Source of the DNA: an uncultured Saccharicrinis sp.
GTDB taxonomy: Bacteria; Bacteroidota; Bacteroidia; Bacteroidales; Marinilabiliaceae
Length of the DNA stretch: 64,000 bases
Direction: 5' to 3' (one strand)
NCBI GenBank assembly: GCA_963667815.1
Contig: OY764021.1
Numbering within the stretch: position 1 is the first letter of the stretch; each line of letters opens with the position of its first letter. Positions 46,766 through 56,971 of the stretch are shown piece after piece. Under the pieces are notes generated by a model that saw nothing but the letters and a program-made list of their open reading frames with translations, made no database searches and was not told the DNA's origin. The position numbers and the translations under genes are program-made.

Positions 46766-49045
46766 ATGAGAATCATATTTTATATCACAATTTTAACTTC
46801 TGTTCTTTTTGTTTCCTGTAAGCAGGATAAAAAAGTAAAAGAGGTTTCTATTATTCCGCAACCTACCAGCTCAAATTACAACAACGGATTGTTTCAATTG
46901 AGTAAAGAAACTCAGCTCATCACAAGTGAAGCGGATGGTTTTGATAACGAAATCACTTTTTTTCAATCTGTTATAAAAGCTACATTAGGTAATTCTTTAT
47001 CCAATAATGAAAGCCAGAATAAAGTATATTTGATTAAATCTGATGAAATTACAAATTCTGAGGCATACTGCATTCAAATCAATTCAAATGAAATAAAACT
47101 GAAAGCTAGCGATCAAAAGGGTATGTTTTATGCCATTGAAACGTTAAGGCAAATTATTTCTACATCGACTAATGATAAAACTTCATCGGAAAATATTTTA
47201 ATACCACAGTTAAGCATTCAGGATCAGCCCAAATACAGTTGGAGGGGTATGCATTTAGATGTTTCGCGTCATTTCTTTTCTATTGATTTTCTTAAAAAAT
47301 ATGTTGATGTACTGGCTTATTATAAAATCAATAAACTACATCTGCATTTAACTGATGATCAAGGATGGAGACTGGAAATAAAAAAATATCCGCTACTTAC
47401 AGAACAAGGTGCCTGGCGTACTTTTAATGCACAGGATTCTGTATGTATGAAGATGGCAAAAGAGGATCCTTTATATGCCATTGATACCACTCATATCATT
47501 CAAAAAAATGGCAAAACCTTATATGGCGGTTTTTATACTCAGGATCAGATGAAAGCCTTTGTAAAGTATGCTTCTAAACGACATGTTGAAATCATTCCTG
47601 AAATTGATATGCCGGGTCATATGATGGCTGCCATTAACATCTATCCTAATTTAAGTGCAACAGGAAAATCATCGTGGGGCAAATTATTTTCAACACCACT
47701 GAGTCCCGTAAAAGAAGAGGTTTACACTTTTATTGAAAACGTTCTGGATGAGGTAATACAGGTGTTTAGTTCTGATTATGTACATATTGGTGCCGACGAA
47801 GTTGAAAAATCAACATGGATGGAATCAGCACAATGTCAGGCCTTCATGAAAAAGAATGGTTTTACTAACGACAAACAATTGCAGGGTTACTTTGTAAATA
47901 GAGTAGCAGATTATTTAAAAAGCAAAAACAAAAAAGTAATTGTTTGGGATGATGCTTTGGAGGATGATATTGATTCTACATTAAATGTAATGTACTGGAG
48001 AAACTGGATTGGTGGTGTTCCTGAAAAAGTAGCAGCAAATGGTAATCAGATGATTATGGTACCGGGTGATCCTTTGTATTTTTCGAGAATGAGCACGCCT
48101 TTATACAACATCTACAATATGAATTTATTGGGAGATAAGTATCCTGCAGACAAGATGAATCTGATTAAAGGTATACAAGCTTGTGTATGGTCTGAACGAG
48201 TGGGTTCATACAAAGTGGTGGAAGCGCTTGTTTTTCCTAAGTTACTGGCTTTATCAGAAAGAGCATGGTCGAGTGATCAGGTACTTGATTGGGATGCTTT
48301 TAAAGTGAAGGTTAAAAATCATATACCTATCCTTGATGATATGAATGTAAACTATCATTACAAACCTACTAAAGAGCTTACTCCTATTATGGATGTAGAT
48401 ACACTATCTAAAAGAATCGGTCTTTCATTTATTAGCGAATTAAGTAAGCCAACCATTTATTACACTACAGATGGAACGGTTCCTACTATTCATTCAAATC
48501 TATATAAGGGTAAATTTTATATTGAAGGAAATGCAAAGATATGTGCAGCTGTTTTTAACAATGGTCAACCAGAACAACCCATACTTGAAAAAGAATTGGA
48601 TTACCATTTGGCCATTGGGAAAGCTGTAACCTACAATTCTCCTTGGAATAAAGCATATCCTGCTGCTGATTCAGGTTCATTAACTGATGGATACAGAGGA
48701 GGTAAAAGTTACGGTGATGGAAAATGGCAGGGCTTTACCAATGATTTAAATGTAGTTATTGATTTAGGTGAAGTAAAACCTATAAATAGCGTTACGGCTA
48801 CTTTTATGCAAATAACCGGACCTGGTGTTTATATGCCGGAAAGTTTCGAAGTAAGCATTTCATCTGATGGTAAAACTTATTCAAGCACTGGTAAGGATAT
48901 AAATGATGTTTCTAAAGATGAAAAGGAACTCACATTTAAAAAGTTTACTTGTGTGGCTAATGCCGCAGAAGCTCGCTTTTTAAGAGTTGTAGCTAAAAAC
49001 AAACAGCAGGCTTTTATTTTTACGGATGAAATTGTTGTAAACTAA
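46766..49045 (+). CDS. GH20 beta-N-acetylhexosaminidase lipoprotein with Fn3-associated and F5/8-type C-terminal domains
   Basis: Lipobox FVS-C; WRGMHLDVSRHF, HLHLTDDQGWR, PEIDMPGH, catalytic HIGADE; YTTDG; VIDLG. Confidence 0.93.
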   Translation: MRIIFYITILTSVLFVSCKQDKKVKEVSIIPQPTSSNYNNGLFQLSKETQLITSEADGFDNEITFFQSVIKATLGNSLSNNESQNKVYLIKSDEITNSEAYCIQINSNEIKLKASDQKGMFYAIETLRQIISTSTNDKTSSENILIPQLSIQDQPKYSWRGMHLDVSRHFFSIDFLKKYVDVLAYYKINKLHLHLTDDQGWRLEIKKYPLLTEQGAWRTFNAQDSVCMKMAKEDPLYAIDTTHIIQKNGKTLYGGFYTQDQMKAFVKYASKRHVEIIPEIDMPGHMMAAINIYPNLSATGKSSWGKLFSTPLSPVKEEVYTFIENVLDEVIQVFSSDYVHIGADEVEKSTWMESAQCQAFMKKNGFTNDKQLQGYFVNRVADYLKSKNKKVIVWDDALEDDIDSTLNVMYWRNWIGGVPEKVAANGNQMIMVPGDPLYFSRMSTPLYNIYNMNLLGDKYPADKMNLIKGIQACVWSERVGSYKVVEALVFPKLLALSERAWSSDQVLDWDAFKVKVKNHIPILDDMNVNYHYKPTKELTPIMDVDTLSKRIGLSFISELSKPTIYYTTDGTVPTIHSNLYKGKFYIEGNAKICAAVFNNGQPEQPILEKELDYHLAIGKAVTYNSPWNKAYPAADSGSLTDGYRGGKSYGDGKWQGFTNDLNVVIDLGEVKPINSVTATFMQITGPGVYMPESFEVSISSDGKTYSSTGKDINDVSKDEKELTFKKFTCVANAAEARFLRVVAKNKQQAFIFTDEIVVN

Positions 49046-49051
49046 AATATG

Positions 49052-49125
49052 TCAGACAGGATTTACAGGATTAACAGGATGTATTAATTTTAATAATTCA
49101 AATTCAACCTGTCAATCCTGTCTGA
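49052..49125. repeat. REP-like element: ACAGGAT[TT]-periodic arm and inverted partner
   Basis: TCAGACAGGATTTACAGG (49052-49069) pairs with CCTGTCAATCCTGTCTGA (49108-49125) with one mismatch; the first arm is part of three 9-nt-period ACAGGAT units. Confidence 0.65.
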
Positions 49126-49140
49126 AAACATTAAAGCAAA

Positions 49141-49186
49141 AAAAAGACTCTAAAAGCGATAAAATTATCGCTTCCAGAGTCTTTTT
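49141..49186. terminator. Bidirectional intrinsic terminator between GH20 and the rha genes
   Basis: AAAAAGACTCT..AAGCGATAA AA TTATCGCTT..AGAGTCTTTTT hairpin with A/T tails on both sides. Confidence 0.75.
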
Positions 49187-49217
49187 ATTCATAAAACCAG
49201 GATCTATATCTTATCTA

Positions 49218-50516
49218 TTACGATAAGAATTTCTTTCTTAAGTCTTCAACTTGTTCATCATTAATTGGGAATAATTTTCCTAGTGGAGCACCCATTACTA
49301 ATGATTTAGCACTAAATTCAGCAACTTCCAATCTATCGAAAGTTTGAAGTAATTTATCTCCTGTAACTATAAATGAATCATTTGCAACAAGTACAGAAGG
49401 AACAGATTCGCTTAATAATTTAGGAATAGTATCGTTACCTGTAAAATGTGTTCCAAAATCTAAACATGGAACATCTTGAAGGAAAATCCAGCTTTCAGGG
49501 ATAGTTCTTACATCAAACTTAACTCCTGTTGTTCCGTAAGCCATCAAATAAGGAGGCTGTGTAAGAATGATAGAGTTAATATGAGGATTCATCTCATAAA
49601 TTTTTTGATGTAAAGAAACAGAACGGCTAGGCGTTTTTCCTGGTTCTGCTTTTCCTCCTTTAATTTGTACAATATCCTCTGGTGTAATATCCCAACGAGC
49701 TACATCCGGAGGAGTAATTAAGAAATCATTATCTTTCCATCGTACGGATACAGTACCATATGAGCTAATCATTAATCCCTGATCACAAGCTCTTCTTACA
49801 ATATCGCAAATATTCTGACGAATTTCTCTTTCTTCCGGAGGATATGAACCTGTATCGTTACGTTCAATATCGTAAGGAATCTGATCCTGAAATTCTTTAA
49901 TTTGCTCATCAGTAAGCATTACTGGTTCACCAATAGTTTTGGCATTGATGATTGTTCTTGCACAAAATTCTAAAGTTTCAAAACGAGTATATGCATCCAT
50001 CATATCAGAACCACCTAACACTGTACCGTGGTTTTCCATGATGATAGCCATTGTTTTAGTACCTTCAAATTGAGCTGCAATTTTAACACCAAGCTCTTCA
50101 CTACCAGGCATTCCATAAGGAGCATAACCAATTTCTCCACAAATATCTTTAGCCTGAGGGATAATATTTGTATTAGGAATATCTCTTACAATACTAAAAG
50201 ATACTAATGCTGGTGGATGTGCGTGAATAACTGCAGTTATATCAGGACGTACATCATAGATGGCTTTGTGAAAAGGAAATTCTGAAGATGGCTTATGATC
50301 TCCAATGATTGTTCCATCCTTTTTAACACAAATAATGTCTTTTTCTGTAAGAGTTCCCTTATCAATAGCAGAAGGAGTAACCCAAATGTCGCCGTTTTCA
50401 TCTTTAATTGAAATATTACCACCAGACGTAGTAGTCATTCCATTTTTATAAATACGACTAATAACCTTTGTAATCTGCACTCTTGGGTGCATTAACTTTA
50501 CATCAAGTTGTTTCAT
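49218..50516 (-). CDS. Tandem two-domain class II aldolase/adducin protein, candidate rhamnulose-1-phosphate aldolase
   Basis: Domain 1: SGGNIS, PSSEFPFH, IHAHP, MENHG. Domain 2 is a degenerate repeat (YGTVS, PSRSVSLH, LTQPP, ANDS). Confidence 0.8.
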   Translation of the reverse strand: MKQLDVKLMHPRVQITKVISRIYKNGMTTTSGGNISIKDENGDIWVTPSAIDKGTLTEKDIICVKKDGTIIGDHKPSSEFPFHKAIYDVRPDITAVIHAHPPALVSFSIVRDIPNTNIIPQAKDICGEIGYAPYGMPGSEELGVKIAAQFEGTKTMAIIMENHGTVLGGSDMMDAYTRFETLEFCARTIINAKTIGEPVMLTDEQIKEFQDQIPYDIERNDTGSYPPEEREIRQNICDIVRRACDQGLMISSYGTVSVRWKDNDFLITPPDVARWDITPEDIVQIKGGKAEPGKTPSRSVSLHQKIYEMNPHINSIILTQPPYLMAYGTTGVKFDVRTIPESWIFLQDVPCLDFGTHFTGNDTIPKLLSESVPSVLVANDSFIVTGDKLLQTFDRLEVAEFSAKSLVMGAPLGKLFPINDEQVEDLRKKFLS

Positions 50517-50550
50517 AAAATATTTATTTCAAAAATCCAAAAGTACAAAA

Positions 50551-51705
50551 TTATAACGCTGCTTTAAAGATATTAATGGTATCTTCTAATGAAACTTCTT
50601 TAGGATTACCTCCGGCACATACATCTGCCAAGGCATTTTTAGCCATTAATTCAAAAGCGTCTTCTTTTACGCCCAATTCTTTCAGTCCAGAAGGGATACC
50701 AACATCTGCAGATAACTTTTTAATTGCAGCAATAGCAGCCTTATTGGCTTCTTCAGTAGTCATACCTGTAGTATCTTCTCCTAAAGCTTGCGCAATATCT
50801 CTGAATTTATCTCCACAAACAGGAGCATTAAACTCTTCAACATATGGAAGTAAGATTGCATTACATACGCCATGAGGTAAATCATAAGTACCTCCTAGCT
50901 GGTGAGCCATAGAGTGCACATATCCTAAACCACAATTTGAAAATGCTTGTCCTGCAATAAATTGTCCCCAGGCCATTTTAGTACGTGCCTCAAGGTTTTG
51001 CCCATCATTTACTGCATCTCTTAAACTACTACCAATTAATTCAATAGCTTTTAATGCTAAAGTGTCTGACCATTCATATGCTCCAACAGTAACATAAGCC
51101 TCAACAGCATGAGTTAACGCATCCATACCTGTAGCTGCAGTTAAAGCAGCAGGTTTATTAAGCATTAAAACACTATCGTTAACGGCAATGTCAACCAAAC
51201 AGTTTTTATCAACCATTACCATTTTCACCTTACGCTTTTCGTCTGTAATTACATAGTTGATGGTGATTTCACTGGCTGTACCAGCTGTAGTATTAATCGC
51301 AATAATTGGTAAAGATTTCTTTTTAGAAACATGAATTCCTTCATAATCTTCAATAGAACCACCGTTTGTTGCTAAAATACCTATAGCTTTACCACAATCC
51401 TGAGGAGAACCTCCTCCTAAAGTAATAATGCAATCACATCCATTTTCTTTAAGTAAAGCCAAACCTTCGTTTACATTGCTAACTGTTGGGTTTTGTTTTA
51501 CACCACTATAAATGACATAATCTAAACCTGCCCCTTTCAATACATCTTCAACTTTTTCGGCAACACCAAGCTTAACCAATACATCGTCAGTTACAAATAA
51601 AGCTTTACTAAAACCTCTTGCTGCTAAATCTTCTTTTAATTCTTCCAACGCATTAGGTCCAACAAGGCTAAGGGGTGGTAAATAAATTCGTCTACAAGTA
51701 TCCAT
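50551..51705 (-). CDS. fucO: Iron-containing alcohol dehydrogenase, probable lactaldehyde reductase
   Basis: GGGSPQDCGK, TTAGTASE, GMDALTHAVEAY, HSMAHQLGG.YDLPHGVCNA; located in a rhamnose locus. Confidence 0.8.
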   Translation of the reverse strand: MDTCRRIYLPPLSLVGPNALEELKEDLAARGFSKALFVTDDVLVKLGVAEKVEDVLKGAGLDYVIYSGVKQNPTVSNVNEGLALLKENGCDCIITLGGGSPQDCGKAIGILATNGGSIEDYEGIHVSKKKSLPIIAINTTAGTASEITINYVITDEKRKVKMVMVDKNCLVDIAVNDSVLMLNKPAALTAATGMDALTHAVEAYVTVGAYEWSDTLALKAIELIGSSLRDAVNDGQNLEARTKMAWGQFIAGQAFSNCGLGYVHSMAHQLGGTYDLPHGVCNAILLPYVEEFNAPVCGDKFRDIAQALGEDTTGMTTEEANKAAIAAIKKLSADVGIPSGLKELGVKEDAFELMAKNALADVCAGGNPKEVSLEDTINIFKAAL

Positions 51706-51729
51706 TTCTAATTCTTTGAGTTTATATAT

Positions 51730-53094
51730 TTATTTTGACTGTAATTCAATTTTATCCAAATCAAAACCTTCTAAATTTTCGGCTATAACCAATGCAGCCC
51801 CTAAAGCACTGGCATTATCAATTTCTGAAGTAACCACATTTTTATCGCTAAAGTATTGCTGAAGCAATGTTACAAATATCTGATTTCGTGCAAATCCTCC
51901 GGTTACATAAAAAGTTTTAGAAGCATCGTTTTGAGGAATAATTAAGTGAAGCGACTTGATGCACAGTTCAGTTAATTCAATAATCATTCGGGAATATGCT
52001 TCATCAAATGAACTAAATATTGATAAATCAACTTGTGTTACACCTTCTTCAAATTTTCCTATACCTAATGGAAAGAATTTCATATCTGAACCATAAGATT
52101 CCTTCGCATTTTTCACTAAATCCGCATCGTATGGGATCGTTCTGAAATACTTAGGATCCACTTTAAAGAATTCATTCAGCCTATCTTTCCATACTTCATG
52201 AAAATGTCCCATAAACAAACGCGATGACTTAACCTGACGTTTTTGAGGCGTTAAAAAGCATAAACAATCATTCTTAAGCTGATCGCTTGTTAATGGTTCG
52301 TTATTAAATGGATTCATACTGATACACCAAGTACCAGTAGATATAAGTATAAATTCTTCTTTTGACTTTTGTAAATAAGGCACTAACGACGCTGAACTGT
52401 CATGAATACCAACTCCGGTTTTAATGGCCTGTCCTGCAATTTCTGCATCAAAAACAGTATCATTAGTTACCGGTTCAGGTAAAGTAATACCTTCCTCTTT
52501 TATCCAAGCGTGATAATTCATCTGATCAAAATCCCACATAAAAGTATGACAACCAATAGACGTAGGTTCTGAAGCAACTTTACCTGTTAACACATATGAT
52601 AAATACTGAGGGAAGTGAATGATATTTTTTGCTTTGCTGAAAATTTCCTGCTTTTCTTTTTTTAACCAAAGCATCTGAATACCTGAGTTTAACAACAAGC
52701 CCAACGAAGGACTAGCTGTTTTACGACAAAACTCCTCAACGCCTCCATTATTATTAAACAGCCCTTCCTGAATCTCAGGATCTACCTCTTTAAGGTAATT
52801 ATATATCGGGGTTAAAATTTCTCCTTTTTCATCTAAAAAGGCTAGTGATGCCCCATAAGTAGAAAAGTTAATGCCTTGAATATCATACTTTCCTTCTTCA
52901 ACAATTGTTTTGAGCGTATCTACCATCCATTTTTGAATTAATGCAATGTCGTCACACTCAAATCCATCTTCATCTGTTGATGTTGGAAATTTTTCTTCAA
53001 ATTGATAAGCTATGCTGAACTGCTGATCAAAAAGCAATATTTTCTTGTTGGTTTTACCGATATCAAATACTGCTATAACTTTAACTTTATCCAT
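51730..53094 (-). CDS. FGGY-family sugar kinase, probable L-rhamnulokinase
   Basis: FDIGKTNKK phosphate-1 motif, GIHDSSAS, ISTGTW, TGGFARN, ASALGAA; context of rhaA and rhaT. Confidence 0.8.
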   Translation of the reverse strand: MDKVKVIAVFDIGKTNKKILLFDQQFSIAYQFEEKFPTSTDEDGFECDDIALIQKWMVDTLKTIVEEGKYDIQGINFSTYGASLAFLDEKGEILTPIYNYLKEVDPEIQEGLFNNNGGVEEFCRKTASPSLGLLLNSGIQMLWLKKEKQEIFSKAKNIIHFPQYLSYVLTGKVASEPTSIGCHTFMWDFDQMNYHAWIKEEGITLPEPVTNDTVFDAEIAGQAIKTGVGIHDSSASLVPYLQKSKEEFILISTGTWCISMNPFNNEPLTSDQLKNDCLCFLTPQKRQVKSSRLFMGHFHEVWKDRLNEFFKVDPKYFRTIPYDADLVKNAKESYGSDMKFFPLGIGKFEEGVTQVDLSIFSSFDEAYSRMIIELTELCIKSLHLIIPQNDASKTFYVTGGFARNQIFVTLLQQYFSDKNVVTSEIDNASALGAALVIAENLEGFDLDKIELQSK

Positions 53095-53148
53095 CTTAAT
53101 AATTATTATATCTTATTTTCTATTGTTCTTTTTCTACTGTTGGGTATA

Positions 53149-54264
53149 CTAATTTGCTTTTGACATTTTTCGTCTGTAGTTTTCTACTTCCCAATTATCT
53201 ATAAAATCTATTTGTTTGGCTGTCATTGGTCGTGGCCCTCCAAATGATTCACTCAAATAACTCACCTTCATCATATCTTTAAATACATCCATCACTATTT
53301 GAGCCGACTTTAAACTTTCTTCTGCTGCAACAATACCAATACCTTTAAAAACAATTACTTTAGGATTGTATCCACTATTCATTTTAAAGTCCGATACTTG
53401 CTCCTTTAAATTGGAGCAATCACTAACAAATAAATATTTTGATTTACAGTACACTATATTATCCGGTGTAAACGGAATTTTTACTCTTTCAAAACTACTT
53501 TCACTTTTAATAAAAGCTTTTGTTAAATCACTTGAATCAAAAACAGTTACCATATTCTGTAACTCTTCACATGATTCAATACTTTTATTAATATCCTCTG
53601 GTATTGTTTCTTTTTGATTTTGTGTTGATTGCGGATATTGTTTTACTTTTTGATTTAACTTACTTTCTATCTCAGAATAAATCTGATTAATTTCTTCTGT
53701 TGTTTCTGCTCCCACAAAAACACCATGATTTTCTAAAAATATAATCTGAGGTTCTTTACCTTTTTCTGATCTATATTTTTGAAGTGCCATATCCACTTCT
53801 TTAAATAAAATATAACCAGGATCAGTATATGGCACATAAACCACTTCATCTCCAAACAAATCATTAATAATCTCTTTAGAGTTATTTGCACACAATACTC
53901 CGTTTACCAGAGTTGGATGCGTATGCATAATAAATGCATATCTTATAATTTCATGCATACTGGCTTCCACAGAAGGTCTTTTCCCTTCAGGAAATAATAT
54001 GGCATTGTGTAGATCTTCTTTTACCTCTTGTTCTCTGGCTGTAACATCGTCGCTATATTTTTTACTTGATATAACTTGCATTTTTTCACGATCGAGGCAC
54101 ACTAAACCATCTTCCTTTATATTAGCCATGGATGTACCACTGGCTTTCACCCACATCTTCTCATTATTTTTAAATGAGCTATTTCCACCTCCTGCTATAA
54201 TATATTCAGGATTTTGACCATACTTTTGAGATAATTTAATTAGTTGATTTAGTTGATTTTCCAT
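53149..54264 (-). CDS. Class II aldolase resembling the N-terminal domain of bifunctional aldolase/SDR (RhaEW/YuxG type), without the SDR domain
   Basis: AGGGNSS.K, WVKASG, RPSVEASMH, HTHP, FLENHG, FTPD; ends WEVENYRR. Confidence 0.75.
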   Translation of the reverse strand: MENQLNQLIKLSQKYGQNPEYIIAGGGNSSFKNNEKMWVKASGTSMANIKEDGLVCLDREKMQVISSKKYSDDVTAREQEVKEDLHNAILFPEGKRPSVEASMHEIIRYAFIMHTHPTLVNGVLCANNSKEIINDLFGDEVVYVPYTDPGYILFKEVDMALQKYRSEKGKEPQIIFLENHGVFVGAETTEEINQIYSEIESKLNQKVKQYPQSTQNQKETIPEDINKSIESCEELQNMVTVFDSSDLTKAFIKSESSFERVKIPFTPDNIVYCKSKYLFVSDCSNLKEQVSDFKMNSGYNPKVIVFKGIGIVAAEESLKSAQIVMDVFKDMMKVSYLSESFGGPRPMTAKQIDFIDNWEVENYRRKMSKAN

Positions 54265-54333
54265 TGACTTGACTTTTTAATTATATTGTAGATTTTAAGG
54301 GAATTTTATAATAAAAAGTAATCGATTTAAACA

Positions 54334-54367
54334 AAAGATGATCAGTTAATAACTACTGATCATCTTT
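54334..54367 (-). terminator. Hairpin downstream of rhaA
   Basis: AAAGATGATCAGT...ACTGATCATCTTT, 13-bp perfect stem, 8-nt loop. Confidence 0.65.
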
Positions 54368-54401
54368 GATAAAACTATATTAACGCTTTGTTAAATCCTG
54401 A

Positions 54402-55706
54402 TTAGTGAGTTTCAGCAACTTCTGCTACTGTAGCACCATCTCTTTTGGATAGAACATCCTTTTCATAAGCTTGAACCTCTGCGATATACTCTTCACCAAC
54501 TGGAACACCTTCTTGTAAACAATAGTAATCCCAAACTGCTGAGAAAGGTTTTGTTTTTAATTCTTCAAGAAGAGCCAAACGCTCAAAATTCTGACCTTTT
54601 TCTTCGTATTCAATTAATGTAGAAGTTGGCTCTAACATTGCAATCATAAATGCTTTTTGAGCAGCACGTGTACCAACTACATACGCTCCAATACGGTTGA
54701 TAGAAGCATCAAAGAAGTCCAATCCTATATTAACTCTACTTAGAAAATCATTTCTAATAATTTCTGAGGCGATTAATTGAATTTCATCATTTAAGGTTAC
54801 AACGTGATCTGAATCCCAACGTACAGGTCTGGTAACGTGTAATAATATTTCATCAACAAACTGTAAACAAGCTGAAATCTTATCCCCTACTTGTTCTGTT
54901 GGATGAAAGTGACCGTTATCTAGACATATTAATGTGTCATTTTTAACAGCATACCCCATGTAAAAATCATGAGATCCTACAGTCATTGATTCTGCACCAA
55001 TACCAAACAATTTAGCCTCTACAGCATCTTTTAAATGTTCTTTCGGATATTTTACAGCAAGTGCCTCATCTAGAGATTTTTTAAGAATCGCACGATATCC
55101 ATTTCGATCAATAGGTGTATCTTTAGAACCATCATGAACCCATGTATTGTGTACACAAGGAGTTCCTAATTGTTTTCCCATTTCAGCACCAATAGCACGA
55201 CATCTTTTTAAGTGCTCAACCCAGAATTTACGATGATCTTCGTTTTTACTTGCTAAACTAAATCCATCATCTGATTTTGGATGAGAAAAAAATGTAGCAT
55301 TAAAATCTAATCCCATTCCTCTTTCTTTAGCCCAATCAATCCAACCTTGAAAATGCTTTACTTCAATTTGATCACGATCCACTAATTCACCAGCAAAATC
55401 ACCATAAATAGCATGTAAATTTAATCGTTGTTTACCAGGAAGTAAAGACATTGCTTTATCAAGATCTTGCTTCATATCTGAAACAGATTTTGCTTTACCA
55501 GGATAATTTCCAGTAGTTTGGATACCTCCACCACCTAACTCAGCATCTGGAGTTTCAAAACCACCTACATCATCTGTTTGCCAACAATGTAAACTAATTG
55601 CAACTTCTTGCATTTTCTTTAAAACAGCATCTGTATCTACACCTAAAGCAGCGTATTGTTCTTTGGCAATTTCGTAAGCCTTTGTAATTAATTCTTTATT
55701 AGCCAT
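54402..55706 (-). CDS. rhaA: L-rhamnose isomerase
   Basis: SLHCWQTDD, GNYPGKA, RLNLHAIY, GLDFNATFFSHP, GHFHPTE, RPVRWDSDHV, GLDFFDASINR. Confidence 0.96.
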   Translation of the reverse strand: MANKELITKAYEIAKEQYAALGVDTDAVLKKMQEVAISLHCWQTDDVGGFETPDAELGGGGIQTTGNYPGKAKSVSDMKQDLDKAMSLLPGKQRLNLHAIYGDFAGELVDRDQIEVKHFQGWIDWAKERGMGLDFNATFFSHPKSDDGFSLASKNEDHRKFWVEHLKRCRAIGAEMGKQLGTPCVHNTWVHDGSKDTPIDRNGYRAILKKSLDEALAVKYPKEHLKDAVEAKLFGIGAESMTVGSHDFYMGYAVKNDTLICLDNGHFHPTEQVGDKISACLQFVDEILLHVTRPVRWDSDHVVTLNDEIQLIASEIIRNDFLSRVNIGLDFFDASINRIGAYVVGTRAAQKAFMIAMLEPTSTLIEYEEKGQNFERLALLEELKTKPFSAVWDYYCLQEGVPVGEEYIAEVQAYEKDVLSKRDGATVAEVAETH

Positions 55707-55815
55707 AATTTATTTATTTAACGGATTTTAAGTAGAGGTCTCACCAAATCATGGGCAGTTAATTCCGTGGCAAGACCTCGATATGTTTATTATTAATTAT
55801 TTTATAAGACTCTAA

Positions 55816-56844
55816 TTAAAAATTGATAACGAATGTTGAAAATATTAGTACAACCAATCCTACAATAAGTACGGTCCATGTTTTAGCTCCTACCCCTTTC
55901 CATTCTCTTAAAATAATACCCCACACATTACTAAAAGTAACATTCAGCGACATTAAAATACTCCATGAGAATACCATAATTACGCTTCCTTCTTCAAAGA
56001 AGCTTTTACCAACACCTAATCCAAAGAATTGCGAATACCACAATCCTCCTGCTAATGCACAAAACAAAATATTATTAACAAATACATTTGCCGGTACAGA
56101 AGTATAATCAGTAAGCGTTTTATTTTTAACATTTTGAGCTAAGCAGTAAATAGCGTTGGTTAAGAAACCACCAGCAGTAACTAAAAATGTTGCCGGTAAA
56201 GTCACGTATAAACTTTTTGCTCCCATGGCAGCAGCAGCATCTGCAATTGGTTTTCCTGCTGCTAAACCTAAACTAAAACAAGCACTCATTAAACCAGCTA
56301 ATAAAGCAACCAATAACCCTTTTCCTAAAGCAAAATCTTTTACCGCAGCTTTACGCTCTTCTTCAGTCATATTTTTTGCTCGAAGACTACCTGCATACCC
56401 AATAATTGCAATACCTGCCAAAGCAATACTAACTGCTATTAATAAAACCAAACCTTTTCCGGTAAACAGATCCTGACCTTCCATTAATGCAGGAATAATA
56501 GTACCAAAAGCAGAACAAGTACCTAATGAAATAGATTGTCCAAGAGCAACACCTAAATAGCGCATACTTAAACCAAAAGTTAATCCTCCAACTCCCCATA
56601 GTACACCATATCCCATGGTTTTCCAGATTGCACCATCGCCACTCATTAATATTTCACCTAAGGAGTGTCCTTCCGGAACTGCTAAAAATGCACCAAGCAA
56701 AGGAAAAACCAACCAGGCAAACACACCTTGTGATAACCAAAAACTTTCCCAAGCCCAATTCTTGATTTTATTAATAGGAACATATGAACTCGATTGTCCA
56801 AAACTTCCTAATGCGATAATTACTAATCCGATTATAAAATTCAT
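55816..56844 (-). CDS. rhaT: L-rhamnose:H+ symporter
   Basis: SSYVP..KIKNWAWESFW, GVLWGVGGLTFGLSMRYLG, WYSQFF, NVWGIILREWKG. Confidence 0.95.
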   Translation of the reverse strand: MNFIIGLVIIALGSFGQSSSYVPINKIKNWAWESFWLSQGVFAWLVFPLLGAFLAVPEGHSLGEILMSGDGAIWKTMGYGVLWGVGGLTFGLSMRYLGVALGQSISLGTCSAFGTIIPALMEGQDLFTGKGLVLLIAVSIALAGIAIIGYAGSLRAKNMTEEERKAAVKDFALGKGLLVALLAGLMSACFSLGLAAGKPIADAAAAMGAKSLYVTLPATFLVTAGGFLTNAIYCLAQNVKNKTLTDYTSVPANVFVNNILFCALAGGLWYSQFFGLGVGKSFFEEGSVIMVFSWSILMSLNVTFSNVWGIILREWKGVGAKTWTVLIVGLVVLIFSTFVINF

Positions 56845-56900
56845 ACTAAGTAATTTGAAAGATTTTTTTTGTTTATTTAACTTCTGATTATATTTTTAGA

Positions 56901-56908
56901 CAAAAATA
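56901..56908 (-). promoter_or_regulatory. -7 promoter box (TATTTTTG) for rhaT
   Basis: TAnnTTTG on the minus strand, 57 nt upstream of the rhaT ATG. Confidence 0.5.
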
Positions 56909-56971
56909 GACGGAAGAAAACATGCCATCAATACACAAATTGGCGTTTTATTTGCACTTTTTGGACCAACA

